A stretch of DNA of 64,000 nucleotides. Origin: Candidatus Binatia bacterium (GTDB lineage Bacteria; Desulfobacterota; Binatia; UBA9968; CAXXLF01). The position numbers and the translations under genes are program-made. Numbering within the stretch: the stretch's first letter is position 1; the number at the start of each line of letters is the position of its first letter. Positions 30,815 through 40,421 of the stretch are shown here, piece after piece. The stretch is taken from contig CAXXLF010000002.1 in the NCBI GenBank assembly GCA_963664015.2, forward strand, positions 640,001 through 704,000. The letters are read 5' to 3'. Under the pieces are notes generated by a model, which ran no database searches, was not told the origin of the DNA, and worked only from the letters and a program-made list of their open reading frames with translations.

Positions 30815-31834
30815 ATGAAACGGTTAATTAGCATAGGGACGGCACTGTTTTTACTCATTTCCGCACAGGTTGGATTCAGCCAGGATGCGGAATTGGCAAA
30901 GGCCAAGGCTTTTTACAAAGGCAAGACCATTGTCTGGATGATTGGCTCTACACCCGGCGGCTCCGTCGACCGCCTTTCCCGGCTCGTGGGGCCCTTTCTG
31001 GCCAAATACACGGGCGCCAGAATCATCCTGCAAAACCGGCCCGGAGGCGGAGGCACTTTCGCCTTCAACTATCTTTATAACAAGGCCAAGAAGGACGGCT
31101 TAAGATTAGCATTTCATATTGGTTCGACGCAGGCCCTGAACATCGTCAGCGACCAACCGGGCATCAAGTTCAAACTCGACGAGCTGTCCTTTGTGGGAGT
31201 GGTCAGCCCCACAAATCTAACCTTCATGGCTTATACTAAAAGATTCAAAACCCTCGACGATCTCAAACGGGCCAAGAACATAAAGTACGGGTTCACCAGG
31301 CCTGGCGGCAATGTGCATTTCAATGGTGTTGCCCTGAGCAAGATATTGAACCTGGATTTCAAATTCGTCTCGGGTTATTCGGGAAGCTCCGCTGTACGCC
31401 AGGCGATCCTGAGCGGCGAGGTTGATGTCACGATGTTCCCCGCATCCTCCTACGTCTCGGCCATCAAAGAAGGGATCGTCACCCCCCTGCTTACCGTTGG
31501 GCACAACCGCCATCCTGCGGTGCCGGACATCCCGACTCTGAATGAACTGGTTAAAGAGATCCCTAAGCCATTCAATGCATGGATCGACATCGGTCGTGTG
31601 GGTTGGTTCCTCGCAGGCCCACCGGATTTGCCCAAGGATCGGCTCAAACTTCTGAGACTGGCCCTGAAGAAATCCCTAGAGGATCCGGAACTTTTGAAAA
31701 AAGCCAAGAAGCAGCAATTCTTGATCGCCTACCTCGAACCTGGGAAGGCCCTGAAAATTGCCAAGGACTTCATCAACATGTCTTCAAAGGATAAGGCTGA
31801 ATTGAAAACGATGCTCAAAGGCGGACGAAGATAA
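30815..31834 (+). CDS. tctC: Tripartite tricarboxylate transporter substrate-binding protein (Bug/TctC)
   Basis: Signal peptide; FYKGKTI, PGGSVD, NRPGGGG and GY.GS...AILSGEVD motifs. Confidence 0.9.
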   Translation: MKRLISIGTALFLLISAQVGFSQDAELAKAKAFYKGKTIVWMIGSTPGGSVDRLSRLVGPFLAKYTGARIILQNRPGGGGTFAFNYLYNKAKKDGLRLAFHIGSTQALNIVSDQPGIKFKLDELSFVGVVSPTNLTFMAYTKRFKTLDDLKRAKNIKYGFTRPGGNVHFNGVALSKILNLDFKFVSGYSGSSAVRQAILSGEVDVTMFPASSYVSAIKEGIVTPLLTVGHNRHPAVPDIPTLNELVKEIPKPFNAWIDIGRVGWFLAGPPDLPKDRLKLLRLALKKSLEDPELLKKAKKQQFLIAYLEPGKALKIAKDFINMSSKDKAELKTMLKGGRR

Positions 31835-31953
31835 CTCTGCGTTATCACCCAAGCCAAGCAATACCCAACCGGTATGAACGAAATTCAGGTTCCATTGGAT
31901 CTTTCCAATCCTTGAAGGCGTAACATACCGTATCATGTTGGATAAATATTGAG

Positions 31954-33456
31954 ATGTCGGTCTGGGAAGCATCTTTCACCGGGCTAATGAGTGTGCTCGC
32001 CTGGCCCACCTTTGGTTTTTTGCTGATTGGTGTCGTGGTCGGCCTGATCTTTGGGGCCATTCCCGGCATTGGCGGGATTACGGCCTTTATCATTCTGTTC
32101 CCGCTCCTGCTCAACCTCGGTACAGACGCGGCCTTGTCCCTGATCATCGGCCTATTTGCCGTAACGACCACGAGCGATACCGTCTCGTCGGTTCTCCTCG
32201 GTGTACCGGGAACTGCCGGATCTCAAGCGACGATCCTCGACGGCCACGCCATGGCCAAAAAAGGCGAGTCCGCCCGTGCCCTGGGAGCAGCCTACACGGC
32301 ATCCGCTATCGGCGGGGTCTTTGGCGCCCTCGTCCTGGCGGTGGGTCTTCAGATCCTACGCCCCCTGGTCTTGCTCCTGCAGTCGCCCGAGTTCTTTGCC
32401 CTGGGACTTTGGGGTATCACCATGGTGTCGGTACTCAGCGGGAACACCCCGCTGAGGGGCATTTCCATGGCGATCATAGGCATGATGGTCGCTACTATCG
32501 GGATCGAGATGACCATCGGCATCGAACGCTATACCTTCGATCAAATGTATCTGCTAGAGGGCATCCCGCCGGGCCTGGTGGCCCTAGGGCTCTTTGGTAT
32601 TCCCGAGCTCATGTCTCTCGCCATCGGTAGAACCAGCATCTCGCGTACAGCAACCTCCCCCGATCTGTTTCGAAGCCAGCTTCAGGGTGTCAAGGACGTG
32701 CTAAAGAACTGGACCCTAGTCCTCCGGTGTTCAGCATTGGGAGTCCTGGTAGGATTTATCCCAGGTTTGGGTTCCAGTGTTGTGGATTGGCTCGCCTATG
32801 GTCACGCGCTCCAAACCTCGCCTAACCGGGAAGCCTTCGGCAAGGGCGACGTGCGCGGGGTCATCGCTCCCGAGAGCGCGAACAACGCCAAAGACGGGGG
32901 TTCTTTGATCCCGACCATCGCCTTCGGTATCCCGGGAAGTCTCTCCATGGTCTTGCTGCTGTCCGTCCTGGTCTCTCTCGGTATCACGCCAGGTCGGGAT
33001 ATGATGACAATTCACCTCGCGTTGACCTTCACCATCATTTGGAGCCTTGTCCTAGCCAACCTCTTCGGTACCGGGATCTGTTTGGCCGCAACTAATCTCC
33101 TGGCACGCATCGTCTTTCTCCCCTATTCGTGGGTCCTTGCTGCGATTATCCCGATAGTATTTTTAGCCGCCTTTTCATGGAATTCTAATGTAGGGGACCT
33201 TTATACTCTAATGGCTTTCAGTGTACTCGGATACTTTATGAAACTTTGGGAATGGCCCCGCCCGCCCTTTATCCTGGGCTTTGTACTGGGACCTCTTTTG
33301 GAAAATCGCTTCTTTATCACCCTGAACCTGTACGGATGGAGCTGGCTATACCGTCCTTATTTTCTCATTATTTTAGCCATGATACTCGCAACCCTGCTAT
33401 ATCCTATGTTTGAGGAACGGCGCCAACGACTCAAAACCGCACGCAACCGTTCGTAA
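31954..33456 (+). CDS. tctA: Tripartite tricarboxylate transporter large permease
   Basis: GAIPGIG, LGVPG, DGHAMAKKGE, APESANNAKDGG and FGIPG motifs. Confidence 0.93.
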   Translation: MSVWEASFTGLMSVLAWPTFGFLLIGVVVGLIFGAIPGIGGITAFIILFPLLLNLGTDAALSLIIGLFAVTTTSDTVSSVLLGVPGTAGSQATILDGHAMAKKGESARALGAAYTASAIGGVFGALVLAVGLQILRPLVLLLQSPEFFALGLWGITMVSVLSGNTPLRGISMAIIGMMVATIGIEMTIGIERYTFDQMYLLEGIPPGLVALGLFGIPELMSLAIGRTSISRTATSPDLFRSQLQGVKDVLKNWTLVLRCSALGVLVGFIPGLGSSVVDWLAYGHALQTSPNREAFGKGDVRGVIAPESANNAKDGGSLIPTIAFGIPGSLSMVLLLSVLVSLGITPGRDMMTIHLALTFTIIWSLVLANLFGTGICLAATNLLARIVFLPYSWVLAAIIPIVFLAAFSWNSNVGDLYTLMAFSVLGYFMKLWEWPRPPFILGFVLGPLLENRFFITLNLYGWSWLYRPYFLIILAMILATLLYPMFEERRQRLKTARNRS

Positions 33457-33469
33457 TCGAAATAGCTCC

Positions 33470-33958
33470 ATGAAACTGCCGTTACTGTTCCCCGCTACTT
33501 TGGTTTCCGTACTGCTCTTTATGGGCTGGCAGGCTCAGGCGTGGAATTTTTCCGCTAGGCTCTTTCCAATGACCCTCGTAGGGGTCGGCGTGTTGCTGCT
33601 GTCATTTCACATAGCCCGCGAGCTGTGGCGATCTTTCTTTTCGACACAACCCCAGTCAGGCGGACAATCCATGGATATCGGTATGGGGGAAGGCGAAGAT
33701 CCTTCTGTCGTGCGCTGGCGCAGCATGGAGATCTGGGCCTGGCTCGTGGGGTTTTTTATCGCCATCCTCTCCATTGGCATGTTAATCTCGATTCCGCTCT
33801 TTTCTTTCCTGTACCTGAAATTCCACGCTCGCGAGGCTTGGTGGATCTCCATCCTCATCCCGGTGCTGGTCACCAGCTTCATGTATGGGCTTTTCGAGTT
33901 GATTCTTCACACAGCGTGGATAGAAGGGTGGCTCTGGGAACTACTCTGGACCGAATAG
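33470..33958 (+). CDS. tctB: Tripartite tricarboxylate transporter small permease
   Basis: 4-5 hydrophobic segments, ARLFP motif, directly after tctA. Confidence 0.8.
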   Translation: MKLPLLFPATLVSVLLFMGWQAQAWNFSARLFPMTLVGVGVLLLSFHIARELWRSFFSTQPQSGGQSMDIGMGEGEDPSVVRWRSMEIWAWLVGFFIAILSIGMLISIPLFSFLYLKFHAREAWWISILIPVLVTSFMYGLFELILHTAWIEGWLWELLWTE

Positions 33959-34010
33959 GTTTTGGCACTCATCATCGCTTCGGCTTTTTTATTCCCCAAT
34001 CATTAGACGA

Positions 34011-34697
34011 TTAGCGCAATTCCTCCTTCACCTCGGCCAGGTGCATAACGTCGGCGTACTTGTGGTGCAGATCAAATAGATTGACCTTATGGGACAAAAG
34101 ACTTCGATCAAAGCAGCTTTCCTCAACCAGGGTCGTATGATAACCGTAAGAATATGCGTCGACCGCGCTGGCTCGCACACAGCCGCTGGTAGTCTCCCCA
34201 CAGACAATTAACGAACCGATTCCCATACGGGTCAGATGGGCGATCAAGGGTGTGCCGAAAAAGGCGCTGGCCCTTTCTTTGAAGACGATCAGGTCACCGC
34301 TTTGGGGTTTGAAATCCTTGTAGATTTCATATGCCTCAGGGTCAATCTTCCGGATGTTCCGCGCAGTAGCGTGGACCGTTCCCGGCTTCGCCTCTTTACG
34401 TGTCTCGGTGGTCGTATAGATGATAGGAATTTTTTTAGACCGTGCCAGGCCAAGCAGTTCCTGAATGGGCTCGATCGCCTCATAGGCGTAGATGCCGCAT
34501 GAACTCTGCTGCTCTTTCACCGCCTCGTGGACCGGCCGCGCCCCACCCTGATAGACCAGATTGTATAGATCGATTGCTAGGAGGGCAGGTCTTTCGCCTA
34601 CGTAGGTTTTCCTGCGGTAAGGTTCATAAACCTTAAGGACCTCTTCCGAAACCAGGTCTTTCCAACAGTGATCTTCGAATGGCTCCATAACGATCAT
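34011..34697 (-). CDS. Isochorismatase-family amidohydrolase (maleamate / N-carbamoylsarcosine amidase-like)
   Basis: PALLAIDL, KERASAFFGT and GETTSGCVRAS give the Asp-Lys-Cys triad. Confidence 0.88.
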   Translation of the reverse strand: MIVMEPFEDHCWKDLVSEEVLKVYEPYRRKTYVGERPALLAIDLYNLVYQGGARPVHEAVKEQQSSCGIYAYEAIEPIQELLGLARSKKIPIIYTTTETRKEAKPGTVHATARNIRKIDPEAYEIYKDFKPQSGDLIVFKERASAFFGTPLIAHLTRMGIGSLIVCGETTSGCVRASAVDAYSYGYHTTLVEESCFDRSLLSHKVNLFDLHHKYADVMHLAEVKEELR

Positions 34698-34935
34698 CCT
34701 CCACGGAGTTTATAATGAAGCCATCTATAGCCTTTACCATCAACGGCAGGCAAGTCGAATATCATCACCCCCCACGACGACTAGACAGCGGACATAACGA
34801 ACTGTGTAAAGTCTTAATCGAAGAGTGTTAACTGGGCAAAAAACACCACTAGTGGATTCATAAAACTCAACCCTCACCACAGACCGATCGCTTCGCCCTA
34901 GGGCGGTCGGGCTGGGGTCTCAGTCAAATCATTCT

Positions 34936-34980
34936 TTGACATGGCGCCGGCCCGTTTGCTACGCATTGCCGCTACAATCT
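34936..34980 (+). promoter_or_regulatory. Promoter region of tctC copy 2
   Basis: TTGACA...TTTGCTACG...GCCGCTACAATCT. Confidence 0.45.
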
Positions 34981-35017
34981 TCTTAGGTAGAAAATTACAG
35001 TATGAGGGGAATAGTTT

Positions 35018-36039
35018 ATGAAACAGACACTTAGCGCAGCAATAGGCTTGTTTTTTCTAGCGATTACACAGGTCGGCTCGAGCCAGGACATGGATCTGTC
35101 CAAGGCCAGGGCCTATTTTAAAGGTAAAACTATCACCGGATGATCGGTTCGACACCGGGAGGCTCCGTGGACGGGTATTCCAGGCTCGTAGGCCCCTATT
35201 TCGCAAAGCACGTGGGAGCCAAGGTCATACTCCAGAATCGCCCGGGAGGGGGCAGCGTCGCGGCGTTTAACTACGTATACTCCAAGGCGAAGCCAAATGG
35301 GTTGAGTTTAGCCTTTCCTATCGGCTCGACTCAGGTGCTTAGCAAGATCACCGGTCGAGCAGGCGTGAATTACAAGGTGGAGGATATGTCCTGGATCGGT
35401 GTGGTCGCCCCGACCAGCAATACCTTAACGGCGTACAAAAAGAGATTCAAAACCATTGAAGATGTTAAACGGGCCGGCAGGGTTCGTTGGGGTCTTACCC
35501 GCCCGGGCGGCAACAGCCACTTCATCGGTATCACCCTATCAAAGGTGCTCGGCATCGATGTGCAGTTCGTTCCCGGATACTCAGAAAGTTCCTCAGTTCG
35601 CCAGGCCCTGTTGAGCGGAGAGGTTGACGTGGCAGCCTATCCTGCAACCCTATTCCTATCAGGTACTAAAGAGGGACTGGTTATGCCATTGATCACCATG
35701 GGAGACAATCGACACCCCGCAGCGCCGGATACTCCCACACTGCAAGAAGTCATCAAAAAAATCCCCAGCCCCTTCGATACCTGGATCGAGATCGCACGGG
35801 TGGGCTGGTTTCTGGTGAGTTCCCCAGGGCTATCCGAGGATAGACGGCAATTTCTAAGCCTGGCCTTGAAAAAAGCCGTACATGACCCCGAGATGCTCAA
35901 GAAGGCACAAAAACACCAATTCCTGATCGGATATCTCGAACCTGGGAAGGCCAAGGAAATTGCCAGGAAGATGCTGGAGATGCCGGCATCGGAAAAGAAG
36001 GAGCTCCGGCAGTTACTGAAGCTCCAGGGCAAACCTTAG
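35018..36039 (+). pseudogene. tctC: Second TctC paralog with a single-base frameshift near 35138
   Basis: MKQTLSAAIG...YFKGKTIT from ATG 35018 hits TGA; ACC-GG-ATG lacks the T of TGG seen in the paralog (GTC TGG ATG); ORF 35140..36039 aligns by eye with 30815..31834. Confidence 0.8.
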
Positions 36040-36057
36040 CAGCGCGAGGAATCAAGT

Positions 36058-36096
36058 TATATCGACCACGGGGTTTGAATCCCCGTGGTCGATATA
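36058..36096. repeat. Perfect 16-bp inverted repeat (REP-like hairpin or bidirectional terminator)
   Basis: TATATCGACCACGGGG-TTTGAAT-CCCCGTGGTCGATATA between convergent genes. Confidence 0.75.
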
Positions 36097-36186
36097 TATT
36101 AGCAAAGGGGAAAGTTGCCGCTTCTCCCCTTTGTAAACCCCTAGACTTTGTGCCCGCCTCAAGATGCGGGGTTGACCTCGCATCTA

Positions 36187-37032
36187 CTATTTTTTCTTGC
36201 CGGCGACGGGGATCTCGAGCCTGCCGATGCCATCGATCTCCGCGACCATCCGGTCGCCGGGGTGGATCTCACCCACGCCCGGGGGCGAACCCGTAGAGAT
36301 CAGGTCCCCAGGATTAAGCGTCATCACGTTGGAAGCGTAAGCAATAATAGCGGGTATCTTCACCAGCATATCGCCGGTATTAGCATCCTGCCTCAGATCT
36401 CCGTTGACCCACAGCTTTACGCTCAACCCGTGGGGGTCTTTGATCTCGTCGGCGGTCACCATACACGGCCCCAAGGGAGTAAAGCCGTCGTATGATTTAC
36501 GTCTCGACCGGTCCCCCTTTCCCCGGAGGGTCACATCGATAGCGATGGTGTATCCGAGGACATGATCCATCGCTTCCGATTCGGGAATGTTCTTGCCGCC
36601 CTTCCCTATGACAACAGCCAGTTCGGACTCGTGGTGAATCTCCCCAGTGACATCCGGCAGGCTGAGGGTATCTCCCGGACCGATAATGGAGCTCGGCGCC
36701 TTGAGAAAGACATCGAAGTCAAGCAACCAACTATCAGGCGCCCCCCGATCCCTCATCTCGTCAACATGGCTTCCATAATTTGATGCTGCTGCGAGAACCT
36801 TGGTGGGATTCAGGACGGGGGAACGAAGTCGAACCCTGTCAAGAGGTCGGGACTCCCCTTTTTGAACTGCGGCATCGATCTTGGGTCTGACTTTTTCGAA
36901 GTTACTGCATAGCCGCGCCCAGAAGTTTGCCGCATATCCATTCTGATGCTGGGGCACGACGCTCGTCACATCACAAAAACCTTGCTCCGTTAACACTCCC
37001 ACACGGTTGTCGTCAAATAGTACAATTTTCAT
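36187..37032 (-). CDS. Fumarylacetoacetate hydrolase family protein
   Basis: NY..H, FLKAPSS, HHESELAVVIGK, DVT.R, KSYDGFTPLGP and PGDLISTGSPPGVG motifs. Confidence 0.92.
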   Translation of the reverse strand: MKIVLFDDNRVGVLTEQGFCDVTSVVPQHQNGYAANFWARLCSNFEKVRPKIDAAVQKGESRPLDRVRLRSPVLNPTKVLAAASNYGSHVDEMRDRGAPDSWLLDFDVFLKAPSSIIGPGDTLSLPDVTGEIHHESELAVVIGKGGKNIPESEAMDHVLGYTIAIDVTLRGKGDRSRRKSYDGFTPLGPCMVTADEIKDPHGLSVKLWVNGDLRQDANTGDMLVKIPAIIAYASNVMTLNPGDLISTGSPPGVGEIHPGDRMVAEIDGIGRLEIPVAGKKK

Positions 37033-37153
37033 AACGGATCGGACTCTACCAAGGGGAATGTCCAATATCAAGGCAGCAAAAGATCTATCACTTGCAGTGG
37101 ACCGGAAACATCTGAAGGCCTAAATTATGGCTCGAAATCCACAGGGAAGCCCG

Positions 37154-38104
37154 TCAATTCCCCAGGAGGATTTTCATCGTGCCGGGACGGACGGCGTGGT
37201 GTATGGCTTCCGGTCCGTCGCCGAGGGGATATGTCTTCTCGATCATCGGCTTAACCGTAACATCCTTTTTCACCAGGGCCGCTAGGGCCGGAGCGAATGG
37301 ACCGCAGCGTGAGCCCACTACCGTGACCTCATTGATCACCAAGGGAGCGAGGGAGAGGCTATGGGATTCAGCCACGGTACTTTTGAGTACCAGGGTCCCG
37401 CGTGGTCGGACCGCCTCCATGGCCATTTTCATACCTGGAAGGGAACCCGTGGCCTCGACGACGACATCCATCAAACTCAGGCGCCAGTCGGGTAATAAAA
37501 TCCCTTGAAGGCCCAACCCTTTGATGAACGAGAGCTTCTTTTCATGTCTGCCGACCACAGTGACCTGAGCGCCCGTAAGCCTCAAAACTTGTGCGCATAG
37601 AAGCCCAAGCTTTCCGTCCCCCAAGACCAGGACCTTGTCGTTAGAATTAACATGAACCTGTTCCAGGATCTCAAAGGCCGCCGCCAGAGGTTCGACAAAG
37701 ACCGCCTCTTCGTCACTCAGGTTATCGGATACCGGATGTAAGTTCACCGCCGGGACCGCCACATATTCGGCGAAGCAGCCGTCGGCTCTCAAAATGCCCA
37801 TGACGCTGCGCTCAGGGCAATGGCGCCCCAACCCTTGCATGCAAAATGCGCACCCGCCGCAGGTGAAATTGATCTCCCCAACCACACGCTTACCTAGCGT
37901 TTCCTTCGGCCCCTCTTTCACCTCACCGATAAACTCATGCCCAGGGACGCCATGAAATCCCATATAGCCTTTTAAGATTTGGAGGTCGGTTGAACAGATC
38001 CCGGCCAGCCGCACCTTTACCAGAGCCGTCCGGTTATCGGCATCCGGCGTGGGGTAAGAGCGATTCAATTTCAAATCCCGACCGTCCCAAAACAGAGCGT
38101 GCAT
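37154..38104 (-). CDS. Zinc-binding (MDR) alcohol dehydrogenase family protein
   Basis: GICSTD, GHE, CGGCAFC...HC, EPLAAA and GDGKLG motifs. Confidence 0.9.
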   Translation of the reverse strand: MHALFWDGRDLKLNRSYPTPDADNRTALVKVRLAGICSTDLQILKGYMGFHGVPGHEFIGEVKEGPKETLGKRVVGEINFTCGGCAFCMQGLGRHCPERSVMGILRADGCFAEYVAVPAVNLHPVSDNLSDEEAVFVEPLAAAFEILEQVHVNSNDKVLVLGDGKLGLLCAQVLRLTGAQVTVVGRHEKKLSFIKGLGLQGILLPDWRLSLMDVVVEATGSLPGMKMAMEAVRPRGTLVLKSTVAESHSLSLAPLVINEVTVVGSRCGPFAPALAALVKKDVTVKPMIEKTYPLGDGPEAIHHAVRPGTMKILLGN

Positions 38105-38218
38105 CCGCAACTCCTCGTCAAAGACTGTGCTTACAACCGTAGGTCCATCGGGCTCTTTACCGGGATTTCTTTTTGGCGCCGAACGTCGATCGACACGCTA
38201 GGAAGCGAACCGGTTAAA

Positions 38219-39180
38219 TCAGATCAGGCGTCGTTTTTCGCTCTTGACCCATTTGACAATGGCGGCAATACCGCTGTCGAGGTCAAGGGCAGGAGCAAAT
38301 TCTAGTTCTTCACGGGCCAGCGTGATATCCAGAAGATGACTGTGAGGCAATTGGTCGATGGTCTTGGAGACGGGCGGCTTTTCGATCGCATAGGAGATCT
38401 CGGGCAGGTGCTTCCGCATAGCGCGTTTTAGATTGGCCTCGAAATAGCCCTTGCCACAGCCAATGTTGTAAGCCCAACTCAATGGCCGATTGGAAAAACA
38501 TGCCAGATGGAGAGCCTGAACCGCGTCCTTCACGAATATGGGATCGTCTGGAATTCGAGCAGGCCGTAAACGGCACTCTCGACCGAGGCCCCCCTCTTTG
38601 ATAGCCGCTCCCATACCGGACCGTTGTCCCGGGCTGAAAATCGAAGAGAATCTTAGTCAAATAAACTTGACTCCGTGATTGTGGGCATAAAACTTTCCAA
38701 GGAACTCGCCAACAATCCTACCGGTGCGGTGGAGATTGACCGGATAGATGCCCACTGGATCATCTTCCTTGACCAGACTCCGCTCTCTCTTCTTACTCAT
38801 CCCGTAAATAGCCCCGGAACTTGCAAAAACAACCCTCTGAACTTCCAGGTCCTTGGCCGTCTGAAGGATATTGCGTACCCCCTGAACACAGGTGTCAAAC
38901 GTCTCAGACGTTTCCTCACCGGTGGTCCTGGGCCGCATGAACGATATGCGTTACGTTCCTCTTCTTGCACAGCCGGCTGAGGCTCATGGAATCGGTCACA
39001 TCGAGTTTCGTGCTCGAGACCTTGATTGGAAGCAGTGACAGGTCGCGGGAGGAAGGGTGGATATCAATGGGGATCAACCGGTGCCTGACCTGTCGTCCTC
39101 AAGCCGAACCTGCAGCGGGACTCCCCCACGGCGGCGCCGTCCTATTAAATCCGTCAATTCCAATAACTGAACACGCCGCA
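38219..39180 (-). pseudogene. Fragmented NAD-dependent epimerase/dehydratase
   Basis: Fragments in different frames: RVVFASSGAIYG, FVKDAVQA..LA, AYNIGCG and LDITLAREEL; the YxxxK region is degenerate. Confidence 0.7.
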
Positions 39181-39566
39181 CCAAACCGCCACTAGAATAC
39201 CCTGATTCCCCCTTTCAGGGGAAGAAAAAAACAATTGACCGTGCCTCTCAAGACATCAGGCAAATAGCAAGCAGATCGCCGTTTCAAGCATGCGTAAAAA
39301 AGCTGATACCAACACGCGAGAGTTGGCAGCCAGCTCTATACTGTTCCTATTGATTAACAGCCTATCTTTCCTGCCTTTCGATTTTTCTTAGTTGACGGCT
39401 GATCGTTAATTAGCGCTATGCGCTTTACTGCTGATCTCAGCTCTCAACACCCAGTCCTGATTAGCTGATAGCTATGTGTAAAAGGTCGACTGACGCCTAT
39501 TCCAGCGCCTGGACATTACCTCCTTGCTTATGTATAAGCGGGTGGATACTCGTCAGGGGGGGCGGC

Positions 39567-40286
39567 ATGGATCGGTTAACGAAGGAATTCAAGGAACAGC
39601 TCCTCAGCCTCATTGCTTCCTTTGGTAAGAAGCCGGACCTCCGGGTGCTTTGTGAGGAAAAGGGTCTGACCCGCGAGGGTGGCAAACGCCTGATTTTGGA
39701 GAGAAACGGGTTCAACCGGAGCTGGCCCCGCTGGCTCGGCGGGGTAGTTTCCAATTGCCCTCATAAAGAAGTCAATCTATACCTCATCTCTAACATGTAC
39801 GAAGAGGGGGTGATCGACCCAAGGGTCGGAACGGACCATAACGAACTCCACATGCGACTGGGCGAAGCACTCAGTCTCACACGCAAGCAGATCAATGATT
39901 ACGAGGCCAGCCCTACAACGGTAGCGGCAACGAGCTATTGGGAAAATGTGTACCGCACCAGGCCTTGGCTTGAAGAATTTACGGCTTTGGTGTGTCTCGA
40001 AATACGGACCAGCAAGAGGGCCATGGGGCCCCACTTTCAACCTAAACGAGTGAGATCAAGCGAAGCCTGGGCAAAATTAGGAATTGAAGTAGGGGCCTTA
40101 AAAACATCCACCAACCACGAGGCCGCCGACGAAGACCACGGCGGCGAGGCCCTTACCCTCCTTTCAAAATACGCAGATACGGAAGAGAAACAGAGAATCG
40201 TCCTTCGTATGACCCGGGAGAGTCTAACCGTCGAGCGCATGTTTAAAGACAACATAGGAAGAATGATGATGGCATGCGGAGAATGA
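39567..40286 (+). CDS. Heme-oxygenase-like diiron protein (TenA/PqqC/CADD superfamily)
   Basis: N.YEE...DHNELH..LGEAL, WLE...LE and HEAADEDHG metal-ligand pattern. Confidence 0.78.
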   Translation: MDRLTKEFKEQLLSLIASFGKKPDLRVLCEEKGLTREGGKRLILERNGFNRSWPRWLGGVVSNCPHKEVNLYLISNMYEEGVIDPRVGTDHNELHMRLGEALSLTRKQINDYEASPTTVAATSYWENVYRTRPWLEEFTALVCLEIRTSKRAMGPHFQPKRVRSSEAWAKLGIEVGALKTSTNHEAADEDHGGEALTLLSKYADTEEKQRIVLRMTRESLTVERMFKDNIGRMMMACGE

Positions 40287-40421
40287 ACCCCTACCCTTTC
40301 ATCTGCCAGTGGACCCTGAATTACTGTCACGAACGTAAGCATAATCCCAATTCGCAGCCTTGTTATGGGCTGTACCAAGAGGAGGCCACCCGGAACGGGT
40401 AGACCACGGGCGAGATAAGAT

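Noticed and set aside
39395-39475. Repeated GCTGAT / AGCT words upstream of the first diiron gene
   Set aside because: Too short and irregular to call a repeat array or operator
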